A stretch of 63,669 bases of DNA, filler included, from Chiloscyllium plagiosum (GCF_004010195.1; 4 parts of 2 records of this genome joined end to end with filler, not necessarily neighbours in it); one strand, 5' to 3'; shown: positions 50,547 to 62,135, numbered from the whole stretch's first letter. Made by a program: numbers and translations. The notes: a model not told the origin generated them from the letters alone.

Positions 50547-53500
50547 CCTTCAGTCACAGCAACCTTTTCCTGATCAAATTTGAATACTCTTAAGGGGTAT
50601 GACTACTTCCTGAGTAAAGCAGACAGGTAACTTTCCCTTCCTAATGTCTGCAGCTCAGACTTCAGTTCCTCAGCTCAGATCTGACGTTCTTTGCAAATAC
50701 TTACCATGAAGGGGAGAGTGTGAGTAAGTGGAGCTAAGTGGAGTTGAAATGCCCATCAGCCATGATTAAATGGCAGAGTGGACTCGATGGGCTGAATGGC
50801 CTTACTTCCGCTCCTATGTCTTGTGGTCTTATGACTGTTTTTGTTTGAATCATCTTGGTGTCCAGAAGCTGCCACATGCTGCAGCAGCAACACATTATCC
50901 AGCCTACCTCTCTATTGTAATTTATTTATTGCTTAAAATGTTTAAGTATCCCTGCATTTTACATTTATTGTCATTTTTTTACCCCAGTATCAATCTTCTA
51001 CTTAAGCTAATTTTAAGAAAAAGAGACAAAGAGGAATACTAGAAACCTTAACATCAACTAAAGAACTCACCTTTACTTTAAAGACGAGAAATACTCACCA
51101 ATCCTACTCACCAATGCCTTCCGTGCACTTGCATCACATGATGTCACTGGAGATAGGCCTTTTGTTCTGAACTTTTTATCCTCTCCTACTGAAGTCATAC
51201 TTTGGAGACTTCTTGCAGTAAACCTAACTTAAAGCTCTTTGCACTGAATTCCCATTTTGAGCTAATATCCCAAATACTTGGCCTCTGCCTTATTTAGGCA
51301 AAGGCTCCTTCACATTGACTATGCTCCTTACTCATTAAAATTGAAATTAATTCGACATTACACATAAATCTACCCAGTTGGACAGAAGATGTTGTGAACC
51401 TCTTGCTGTGACCAGTGGTTACAACAGACTTACAACAAACTGTAAGAAAGCTTGTGCTGTTTTTGACAGGCACACAGAGAGCTACCAAAGCTCTGAACAT
51501 GGGCAAAAAGATGGAGAGACCATTCCAGCAAGAACTGTAGGTTTTCAGTTGACAATTCTTGACAGTCTCATGAATAGACCCACAGAAAACCAGTTGGCCA
51601 AAGGTTAGTATTTTTGGTGAAAAACACAGCTAAAAATTGCCATTGCTGGGACTGAGACATTTTTTCCAACATTTGGAATCCATGCTACCATTCCCTTCCA
51701 TCGACCCTTTATAACACTTGCCAGATTCAGAGCAACACTCTCTAAATCAATTCAAATGATGTTAATTTCGTTCATAAAAGTTCAATTCGTAAAATGTGAC
51801 TCCCCACTGCACCAGTGATAATTTTACCATGTTTTATGCCAATGATAATTGTGACCTTACAGATTCAGTATTTTTGTAGAGTAGACCTAAACCCGTGGCT
51901 TAAAAGGGGTTAAGGAAACTCAAACTGACATCAAATAAAGCTTTACAAAAAGGCCTCTGACTTCTCAATAGCCAAGTTCATAACATGGCAAGAAAGGACA
52001 ACTCATACTTGTGGAGCTGTATCCCGAGGTAAGGAAGAAAATACTATCAGGAGAGGAGGGTACATAGTGGGGAGAAACATGGTAGAGAAGGGAAAATAAT
52101 TCTGTTTATTGCTAAATTAAATCACTGGTAAAATTCCTGTAACCCTATTAAGTTACAATCTGACAAGTATTTTATTGTAATCATATATAATCCCATAAAA
52201 CATTCAGACATTTTACCAACTCACACAGTAGACTTTATGTTGTTGTCCATAACTTTTTATCATCATTCCGGATAAAAATAATGGAAGAGGCTGCTCCCTC
52301 ACTTCTACAACTAGCTCCAGTTCAAGATTTGGAATAATACACTGGTATCTATTTCTTTGTTGCTTAAGTGACACACCATGAGTCATAAAGGAACAGTAGT
52401 GAGAATCCCAAATTTAAAAGCCCACAAGCTGGACAGATGCGACATCTCCCTTATCCCAGAAAATATATAATGGATAACTTGAATATAGAGTTCAGTCATC
52501 TTCAAATGAAGTGAGTGACAACATTCTAAACACAAGCTGCCTTGTGGTTTTTATTTTATTCTAGTAGGTATATTTGTGCCATGATGCAGGGATACAAACA
52601 ATATGTGACATTCAGGGAGTAAATAAATGGAGAAATCATGCAAGAGTTCAATTGATAACATGTGACTCTCAGGCTGGTAAAATAAATTGAAAATTCAAGA
52701 TCAACAGAATTAGTTTTGTTCCCAAGATTAATATTTCCTTAATTCTGATCATAATGTAAAACAGATTCACGTTTCAATATATTGAAACTAATACAAATGT
52801 ATGGTTTACAGGTTGAGTCCATTGTCTGAGCCTTTACTTCAGATTTCCAATTTTTTTAAAAATTCCATTCATTATTTCTGTTCAATGATCTGTGAACATC
52901 TGTGAACATGAATTGAAAATAGGATCAATTGTATTTGTACATCTATGCTCATGTGGGATGCACCACCTGACAAACTGCAGAGGATAAAATTTTGAGGGGT
53001 ATAAAGTGATTATATTAGTGTAGCAGTGATGGTAGAAAGATTGGAAGTCATTGTTTATTTATTAATAAAGTGGAAAATAACACATTTGAGTTTTGGGTTT
53101 CTTCTTGTGTGTTAATGGAACACTGGAATCAATCCATTACTAATAATATTTCTATTATGGTGTCACCTACAATAATATCGCTTGAGTTAACAAAATATCA
53201 AAACTCATTTATCACACAAACCTTCTCATTATATTTATTTTCTAATTCACATCAATGGAACAAAGAAAGGTTTTCTGGCAATATGTTAAATGTTTAAATT
53301 TATTTTAAGTTAGTATATGGACATCTACATTTTGGAAGAGCTCAAGGTTGTATTTTATTGCATCCTCATTTATTCATCCATCAATTGTCCTCATCCCAAT
53401 CCTGACATAATGTGGTATCCTCAATAAATACACTGTATAATGAGGTGAATATCACAGCCTATCACTTGAAGACTTGTGTAATTACCCTGATAAGGCTAAA

Positions 53501-53944
53501 CAGTACAAAATGCAAGAACTTGGATTGGCTGGAGGTGAACAACCACAAACTGGCTTCGTCATTGATGGAGTGGCAGAGACCCTGGAGTTAAGTGGCTTAT
53601 TTCCAACCCTTGACACAGAGATGAAGAGATAAAGAATTTGCAGCTAGTTGGTGTCAACATTTCAAATACCTCTGACACATGTATGTCTTGAAGGCATTTG
53701 AAGGGAAAGTATAGTAGGTTACACTGTTGGAGGTACTTCTGTGGAAATAAAGAGCCAAAATGTGGAGAATTGATAATGGGGCGGCGTATGGTCATTTAAT
53801 TGGAGATCTTTCTCAGGTTCAAAAGGCTGTTACTGCCTCACCCCTTTATCACCACCTGAGCAATCACTTCTTTGTGTCAAGCATATTTCCTGTGTTAGCT
53901 CATACAAGCCTTAAAAGGGATAAGTTGAATGGTGTCCTCACTTT

Positions 53945-54032
53945 CTGAAGAAGGGCTCATGTCTGAAACGTCGATTCTCCTGCTCCTTGGATGCTGCCTG
54001 ACCTACCGCGCTTTTCCAGCAACACATTTTCA
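53945..54032 (+). mobile_element. Solo PLE pLTR fragment starting exactly at the hammerhead core
   Basis: CTGAAGAAGGGCTCATGTCTGAAACGTC, flanked by the direct repeat GTCCTCACTTT (53934-53944 and 54033-54043). Confidence 0.85.
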
Positions 54033-55146
54033 GTCCTCACTTTGGTAGACTGAATAACATGCCTATAATATTGGATCCAAGTTTGACGGGAGACCCCATA
54101 GCTGCTGCCCTTTGTCTCTGCCGAGACTTTCTTGATAATTCCCTTGGTAAAGGATCTTGCCCTTGCAGCTTGAAGAAGAATTGCTTAACATTGGCATCAC
54201 TCAGGATCTTCTATCTGCCATTGTTAATGTAGCCTTCCAGTGAACACCTTAATTGATTTGAATATTCAATCAAAAGAATAGCAGCTTATCAGAATGGCTC
54301 CAAGTAGCACCAGCAAGATGCTGTGAGGTAGCAGTGGCAGGTGGACTGAAGGCAGCAGTGACCAAATGGAGTTCTTTGGTCAGCAATGGACATGGAGCTT
54401 TTTTTTAATGCAGAGTAAAAGGCAGCATCTTACTTTCCAGATGTCCAATGGTTTCCAACCAAACCTATATACCAACAATCTATTCGGCCAACCCAGAGCC
54501 AATCACAGAGCTATTGGCAGGCCGGAGGCTTTTGTCATTGACAACTAGCCACCATTCCACAGACCAATCAGTTACTTGTTGCGAGCTGGGTTTCCCTTTG
54601 TATGTGCCCTTTGGCTTTAGCCAGTCTGCAGCTCTTCTCCACTGCCTGAACAAGTGGCAGTGTAATCAGCATGTACAATGAATGTCAGATAACCTGCTCA
54701 AATATATGCAGTAATCGTTTCCATAATACTTGGATTTTCAGTCCACAATAAAAAGATAGGGTCTTTACACAACCGGTAGCTGATCAATGGTTTGTCTTTT
54801 GGGGGAGGGTTGTGCAGCAGCCACAATGTTTTTGTGGAGCCCTGAGGAACTTATCTTCTTGGATCTCTTCTGTTTTAGTGGGGGATTTACTGACCAGCAT
54901 TCCTTGCACCCATTGCTGTCTTTGAAAGGCCACTGTGTACCCAGACAAGTGTTGGCAATTTACGTTGTTTCACATTAGCAACATTATAGCACAGCAATCA
55001 CAAAGCCACATTGCTGACAATACATAGCTGACACTGCCTTACACGTACAACCCCGTTTTCTCAGCCTAGTTGCTGTTTAATCACCATGCTACACACTTTA
55101 TTTTTCCCCATCTGCATTCTGTCTGAACACCCTCTAAGTCAACACT

Positions 55147-55464
55147 GGCATGGTGTTGACTTAGAGGGTGGTTAGCACTGTTGCCTCACAGTGCTAGGGA
55201 CCCAGGTTCGATTGCAGCCGTGGATGACTATCTGTGTGGAGTTTGCACATTCTCCCCATGTCTGTGTGGGTTTCCTCCTACAATCCAAAAATGTGCAGAT
55301 TAGGTGAATTGACTTTGCTAACTTGCCCATAGTGTTTAGAGGTGTGCAGGTCAGGGGTAAATGTAAGGTAGTGGGAATAGGTCTGGGTGAGTTCCTGTTT
55401 GGTGGATTTGCTGGGCCGAAGGGCCTGTTTCCACATTTATAGGGGTTGTTTGATTCTATGATAC
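55147..55464 (+). mobile_element. HE1-like SINE
   Basis: GTGGTTAGCACTGTTGCCTCACAG...GGTTCGATT, with a GATTCTATGA tail. Confidence 0.85.
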
Positions 55465-55789
55465 CATGTTCCCAATTCCACTGCATCTTGTCATTGTCCA
55501 GTCAGGGAAAATCACATCAGACAAGCAATTGGACAAATACAATCACAAATGTGAGCTTCTACATCCAGAAAGAGAAATGGAAGAGAAATGAAACCAACAG
55601 AGAATGAACTTTGCCCCTACAATGCAAACCAGTTTTGGACATCATGACCAAAAAATATTATAGTCAATGATTGTCTACTGCACCCAGCTATTACCTACTG
55701 GGAGAGGGTATCAATAAAGTTCTGTCTGGCTTGTAGCATTCATTGCAGCTGTGCTCTGTTCTGGACAACATCAGCTCCCTCCTCCCAAA

Positions 55790-56810
55790 GTCCTTCTCTT
55801 CTTCGGAAGACTGTTTCCTTTTGCCCAGTTCCTCAGCTTCCATCACATCACCTTGTTGCCTGCTCCAATTGTGCAGAGAAAGCACACTTGGATGATGCAT
55901 CATAATTTCTCTGCACAAAAATGGAAAGGTCCTCCAGATCAGCTTAATCAGCAGAATTGTGTCCTTAGTATCCTGACTGTCTGCTCCACCACCGCCCTGA
56001 TGAAAGCATGGGTGGATGAAACCTGCTCTCCACATCCATTAGGTCTATAATGTTTGTCATGAGCCAAAGTCACAATGGGCAGCCCTCGTCCCCTAGTAAC
56101 CAACCTTGTCAGGCTCCTGGAGCTTCAAATGGACACAATATTGTAAGATCTGTTTCCATGCTATACAACTCTATGACTCTATAATATAGATGAAAGATAC
56201 ATGACAGTTGTCAGGGTAGTGGGCATACACCCCAGGAAGTGGCAGTGTGATCACTCGTGAACATTAATGAAATAGAGTCCCTTCCTGTTGATGAATTCTG
56301 CAGGTGTGCAGTTGATGGCATCCTGCACCTGGGAGGTTAGCTATGTTCCCAAAACCTATTGGCCTGACTGCAGCACTGACCTTGTCATGGACAAACTAAA
56401 TGAACTGGTGTGACCATGCACAGAAGGCATCAGTCACTGTCCTGGTCCATTTGTGAGTGTATAATTAAGGGTTCCCACAGAGATCATCTGTTGCTTCCTG
56501 GAAGGATCCAGTCACAAAAACATTCATCATGGGAGTGATGCTAACAGCCACCAGAGAGGATTGCCTCCCACCTTTGTAGCTCCCAGGACCCGCTTCAACA
56601 TATTCTGGAATATGCGAAGCCTGTACAACATTGCACATTGCTTGTCTCAGGAAATGCAGTCGGGTCCGGAAAACTCTAGGCCTCCTGTACGTCCTGAGGT
56701 GCCCTGTAGCAGCGACCTCTGCCTGAGCTAGGTGCTCCTTGTCATCAACGGTGGTCTTAAGAAGGTAGCCACAGTAAGCAACATCCCACCAGTGGCAGAG
56801 CCCATCCACT
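55790..56810 (-). pseudogene. Decayed PIF/Harbinger (HARBI1-like, DDE_Tnp_4) transposase
   Basis: Ordered minus-strand motifs: YRRPRVFRTR; FVTGSFQ..TDDLCG; QVQDAINCT; FINRKG; AHYPDNCHVSF; GWLLGDEGCPL*LWLMT; HAFIRAVVEQTVRILRTQF; SGG; LHNWSRQQG. Many stops and frameshifts. Confidence 0.88.
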
Positions 56811-57455
56811 GCTCTTGGTTGAAAGGAACTAAACTAAGCACAGACAAAGCGAAGGAGTTTCTTAGATCTCAGAACTGTACTTGGTTTCCGTTCAGCGAGC
56901 ACTGGCCTTTTGCACCCTCGTAACTGATATGTCCAGGTTCAATTTGCAAGCACCAATAGCATGCAGTATCACTCTTTGATTATCTTCTGACCCCTAATCG
57001 ACATCAATCAGAATGTATATGAAACAGGCCATGCAATAATTGCAAATCCAATGTAGCTGTGCTTTGCAAACAGCTACTTCATGTATTTGTTGGTGTAATG
57101 TTGTGGAGTCCAGGAAACTGGGATCTTCCACTTTCAGCCATCAAACTGGCACTTATTCTGCACCTTGGGCATTGTTCCAACCATTTTCTAGGAGCACCAA
57201 GCATCCAGAGAGGGGAAAATGATGACTGGTGATGCAGATCGCACTTGGTCGCAAGGTATCCACCTCCCTGGAGCATGCCTGTTACTTATTACTTTGAACT
57301 ATCCTGACAGTCCATTTCAACCTATTCCCCAACTTCACTCCCCCACCCTCCCACGATGGAAACCCACACATTCAACTTTGCTGACAGCTGGACTTGCTGC
57401 CCCTGAACCAAGGATTACATCTTAATGCTGCCTAACCTGTACCTTTACAATATCC

Positions 57456-57641
57456 GGCAGCATCCAGGGAACAGGAGAATCGACGTTTCGGGCATAAGCC
57501 CTTCTTCAGGAATGATTCCTGAAGAAGGGCTTATGCCCGAAACGTCGATTCTCCTGATCCCTGGATGCTGCCTGACCTGCTGCGCTGTTCCAACAACACA
57601 TTTTCAGCTCTGATCTCCAGCATCTGCAGACCTCACTTTCT
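57456..57641. mobile_element. Foldback PLE pLTR insertion with two intact back-to-back hammerhead cores
   Basis: Minus core at 57482-57509 and plus core at 57519-57546. 14-bp TSD CCTTTACAATATCC at 57442-57455 and 57642-57655. Confidence 0.94.
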
Positions 57642-58074
57642 CCTTTACAATATCCCTGTGTCAGCCATGATATTGGTCACAGTCAATAAATACTTCTCAT
57701 AGCCTAACAGGCCCTCTGGTGCTGTTCTAAATTTCCCTCATTCGAAATCTCCCTATCACATCCTTATCCCCACTACTATAAATCTCTCTACTTCTGCCCC
57801 CAGTTTTGACTGTCAAGGATCATCCCACTGTCCAAAATAACCCCCACACCATCCTGGAAGATTGATGGATGATCACTGAGGATTGTATTCACCCAGACCT
57901 CTAACCGACATTGACCAACAGCCCCTAGACATGACTGGCTAGATCCCTGATGCTGTGTTTGCAGCTCCCAACGGATGATATGTGATTCCCCTTACTGTTT
58001 GTGCTGGCTCTACAGGACTGAATGCTGAACAGTTCCCGACTGTACTGAGGCAGACTGTTTGACCATGAACATCC

Positions 58075-58560
58075 TGTAGTGATTGTAACAAGGTCAGATA
58101 GGTGGACCTCACAGAACATGAGTTCCCTGATTGAGGCTGTTAATCTGGTCCAATCAGGGAGCCCTGGCTGACAGGTAAGAACAGGAATGTTGGACATCCT
58201 GTTCACTCTGAGAGTTGGATCTGAGGGAGCTGGATGAGTGTCAAGGACTCTCCATGCATAAATAAAGGGTGACTTGGTGAAGGGATACCAGCCTCTGTGG
58301 AGTTATTTCAGTGGCAATGAAAGAAAAGTATGATCCTGAAGAAATTCAATTGCAACAGTTTTGAGTTGGGGGTAAGCATTTCTTGCGTCATGCGGTTATT
58401 TGGTAAGACTGACTTGTTCGTTCCTGATGTTGAAGACTGGGCCCCATATTTGGAAAGAATGAATTTTTGTTTTGCTGGCAAATGAAATTGGGGCATATGA
58501 AAAGCAACGAGTAACTCTCCTGACAGCTTGTTAGGTTATTAGGAGCCTAACTTTCCCTGG
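58075..58560 (+). mobile_element. Gypsy LTR retrotransposon 5' LTR (58075-58310), PBS-like site and start of gag
   Basis: TGTAGT...TTATTTCA with AATAAA at 58261; GTGGCAATGA directly after; ATG at 58390 gives frameshifted MRLFGK.DLFVPDVEDWAPYLERM..LANEIGA.EKQRVTLLTAC. Confidence 0.85.
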
Positions 58561-58862
58561 ACAGCACCACATATAACAAGTGCACTAGGAATTACACTTA
58601 CAACCAATCGAGGACTATCGTTTGGGACTAAATTCGCAATGTGGTTTAATTACACTCACCAGAAGCTACATATCTTTGTACACAGAGAAGCCTATCCCTT
58701 CCAGGGAAAAGGACAATTTCTGAATTAAACAAAAGCATTGGCGGTCACAATATGCTGGAATGTTCTTCATGAAAATACCTTGATCAATAAGTTGAAATGC
58801 AACCAATCAGCACCCTTCTCATATGCAGTAAAAAATGTCCCTTAATTTGGCATTCTTGCACC

Positions 58863-58896
58863 TGTCCTGATGAGTGTAAGATGAAAAACTTCAACA
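58863..58896 (+). ncRNA. Decayed hammerhead-like motif of a further family
   Basis: TGTC-CTGATGA-GT-GTAAG-AT-GAAA-AACT-TC-AACA. Helices are imperfect. Confidence 0.4.
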
Positions 58897-59052
58897 GAAT
58901 GTCTCCCTTCTTCATCAAGTTTCAGTTTTTGTACGAGCAAATTTCTTAATTCAAAACTGCAGATAGCTAAACCTCTTTCACAAATTCTTTTTCTGTACTG
59001 TAAATCTGAAGATTGGCTGACACAAGATCCAATTCCTGGAACTCCCTCCTTC

Positions 59053-59130
59053 AGGTGGCATGGTGGCTCAGTGGTGAGCACTGCAATCTCACAGCACCAG
59101 GAACCTGTGTTCAATTCCTGCCTTGGGCCA
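59053..59130 (+). mobile_element. SINE 5' head fragment
   Basis: GGTGGCATGGTGGCTCAGTGGTGAGCACTG...GTTCAATTCC. Confidence 0.75.
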
Positions 59131-59705
59131 CTAACGTTCTCCAGCACATTCTGTCAAGATTTATTCATAAACGCCCTATGTAATTAATATAATTTTGGTC
59201 ATAGGTCCAAATGTGGATGGCTAGGTGGTTGCTCTTGACTGGTGCAGATGCGATAGTCAAAGTGTTTTTTTGTGCTGTAGATCTGTATGACTCTGCACAA
59301 GCATAATCTTCAGCAACACATCAACATAATCACTAGTTTGCTAAATCTGTCCCTTCACTGCCTCAAATAAGAGAGGCTGAACAAGCTGGGGCTGTTTTCC
59401 CTGGAGCGTCAGAGGCTGAGGGGTTAACAAAAGCTTTTTGTATGGTCCAGTCATGAAATTAGCTTCATTATTTTGTTTTCCTTATTAAAGCATAATTTGA
59501 AGATACCAATTAAATTCAAAGCAGATTACATTTACAGTATTCCAAGTGATCAGAGGTAAAAACTAGAATTCGGTGAGCTGGTTACTGTAATTGGTGACAA
59601 ATATAAGCAAACGTGAGCTCCCCCTACTGCACAAAAGTCAGAAAACACAGAGTAGCTCGAAGTAAGGGAAAACTAAAATGTTTAAAACTGCAGATGCACA
59701 GCAAG

Positions 59706-62035
59706 TATAGAATCATAGAGTCATAGAGATGTACAGCATGGAAACAGACCCTTCGGTCCAACCTGTCCATGCCGACCAGATATCCCAACCCAATCTAGTC
59801 CCACCTGCCAGCACCCGGCCCATATCCCTCCAAACCCTTCCTATTCATATACCCATCCAAATGCCTCTTAAATGTTGCAATTGTACCAGCCTCCAACACA
59901 TCCTCTGGCAGCTCATTCCATACACGTACCACCCTCTGCGTGAAAACGTTGCTCCTTAGGTCTCTTTTATATCTTTTCCCTCTTACCCTAAAACTATGCC
60001 CTCTAGTTCTGGACTCCCCGACCCGAGGGAAAAGACTTTGCCTATTTATCCTCTCCAAGCCCCTCATAATTTCTAAACCTCCAGAAGGTCAACCCCTCAG
60101 CCTCTGATGCTCCAGGGGAAAACAGCCCCAGCTTATTCAGCTTCTCCCTGTAGCTCAAATCCTCCAACCCTGGCAACATCCTTGTAAATCTTTTCTGAAC
60201 CCTTTCAAGTTTCACAACATCTTTCCAATAGGAAGGAGACCAGAATTGCATGCAATATTCCAACAGTGGCCTAACCAATGTTCTGTACAGCNNNNNNNNN
60301 NNNNNNNNNNNNNNNNNNNNNNNNNNNNNNNNNNNNNNNNNNNNNNNNNNNNNNNNNNNNNNNNNNNNNNNNNNNNNNNNNNNNNNNNNNNNNNNNNNNN
60401 NNNNNNNNNNNNNNNNNNNNNNNNNNNNNNNNNNNNNNNNNNNNNNNNNNNNNNNNNNNNNNNNNNNNNNNNNNNNNNNNNNNNNNNNNNNNNNNNNNNN
60501 NNNNNNNNNNNNNNNNNNNNNNNNNNNNNNNNNNNNNNNNNNNNNNNNNNNNNNNNNNNNNNNNNNNNNNNNNNNNNNNNNNNNNNNNNNNNNNNNNNNN
60601 NNNNNNNNNNNNNNNNNNNNNNNNNNNNNNTTGCTAATCAGTCTCCCATGTGGAACCTTGTCGAACGCCTTACTGAAGTCCATATAGATCACATCTACTA
60701 CTCTGCCCTCAATCTTCTTTGTTACTTCTTCAAAAAACTCAATCAAGTTTGTGAGACATGATTTCCCATGCACAAAGCCATGTTGACTATCTCTCATCAG
60801 TCCTTGCCTTTCCAAATACATGTACATCCTGTCTCTCAGGATTCCCTCCACCAACTTGCCCACCAGTGAGGTCAGGCTAACTGGTCTATATTTCCCTGGC
60901 ATATCTTTAGCGCCCTTTTAAACAGTGGCACCACGTTTGCCAACCTCCAGTCTTCCGGCACCTCACCTGTGACAATCGATTACACTAATATCTCAGTAAT
61001 CATTTCTCTAGCTTCCCACAGAGTTCTCGGGTACACCTGATCATATCCACCTTTAACCGTTTCAAGACATCCAGCACTTCCTCCTCTGTAATCTGGACAT
61101 TTTGCAAGATGTCAACATCCAATTCCCTACAGTCCATATCTTCCGTATCCTTTTCCACAGTAAATACTGATGCAAAATATTCATTTAGTATCTCCCCCAT
61201 TTTCTGTGGCTCCACACAAAGGCCACCTTGCTAATCTTTGAGGGGCCCTATTCTCTCCCTAGTTACCCTTTTGTCCTTAATATATTTGTAAAAATCCTTT
61301 GGATTCTCCTTAATTCTATTTGCCAATGCTATCTCATGTCCCCTTTTTGTCCTCCTGATTTCCCTCTTAAGTATACTCCTACTTCCTTTATACTCTTCTA
61401 AGGATTCTCTCGATCTATCCTGCCTATACCTGACATGACTCTATATGCTTCCTTCTTTTTCTTAATCAAACCCTCAATTCCTTTATTCATTCAGCATTCC
61501 CTATACCTACCAGCCTTTCCTTTCACCCTGGCAGGAATATACTTTCTCTGGATTCTTGTTATCTCATTTCTGAAGGTTTCCCATTTTCCAGCCATCCATT
61601 TACCTGCAAACATCTGCCTCCAATCAGTTTTTGTAAGTTCTTGCCTAAAACTGTCAAAATTGGCCTTTCTCCAATTTAGAATTTCAACATTTAGATCTGG
61701 TATATCGTTTTCCATCACTATTTTAAAACGAATAGAATTATGGTCACTGGCCCCAAAGTGCTCTCCCACTGACACCTCAGTCACCTGCCCAGCCTTATTT
61801 CCCAAGAGTAGGTCAAGTTTTGCCCCTTCTCTAGTAGGTACATCCACATACTGAATCAGAAAATTGTCTTGTACACACTTAAGAAATTCCTCTCCATCTA
61901 AACCTTTAACACTATGGCAGTCCCAGTCGATGTTTGGAAAGTTAAAATCCCCTACCATAACCACCCTATTATTCTTACAGATAGCTGAGATCTCCTTACA
62001 AGTTTGTTTCTCAATTTCCCTCTGACTATTAGGGG
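59706..62035 (-). mobile_element. Relatively young CR1/HER1 LINE (AP endonuclease C-terminus, RT and 3' tail), cut by gaps
   Basis: VMVGDFNFPNIDW...LDLLLGN...FGASDHNSI (61491-61964); YRPVSLTSLVGKL...QHGF..GKSCLTNL...YMDFSKAFDKVPH (60042-60902); 8-nt tail repeats at 59707-59727. Confidence 0.96.
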
Positions 62036-62135
62036 NNNNNNNNNNNNNNNNNNNNNNNNNNNNNNNNNNNNNNNNNNNNTTAATTAATTAANNNNNNNNN
62101 NNNNNNNNNNNNNNNNNNNNNNNNNNNNNNNNNNN
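62036..62135. other. Assembly gap with artificial spacer
   Basis: N44-TTAATTAATTAA-N44. Confidence 0.97.

Larger units (their letters stand above)
45390..51120 (-). mobile_element. Long, heavily decayed CR1-type LINE interrupted by several PLEs
   Basis: Minus strand GAPQGSVL (about 46340-46360), SPHGCMKG.SCL (about 46750-46785) and DLVMCNEEDL.NDVRVKDP.GNNDHN (47608-47856). Continuity beyond about 49260 is tentative. Confidence 0.6.

Noticed and set aside
16181..50583. Recurrent small ORFs MCCWKSAAGQAASKEQENRRF as a peptide family
   Set aside because: They are chance translations of the antisense PLE pLTR, with inconsistent starts and frames.
56465..56809. Domesticated HARBI1 host gene
   Set aside because: The catalytic motifs are mutated and broken by stops, frameshifts and an insertion, so this is a dead transposon copy.
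6785..57641. Palindromic repeats as MITEs or CRISPR-like repeats
   Set aside because: The arms are asymmetric, TSD length varies from 11 to 17 bp, the sequence equals the 3' end of GIY-YIG PLEs in this window, and copies are dispersed with no spacer array.
60042..61964. Intact active LINE ORF2
   Set aside because: There are frameshifts and deletions between the ORF pieces, and the long ORF lengths are inflated by N runs.
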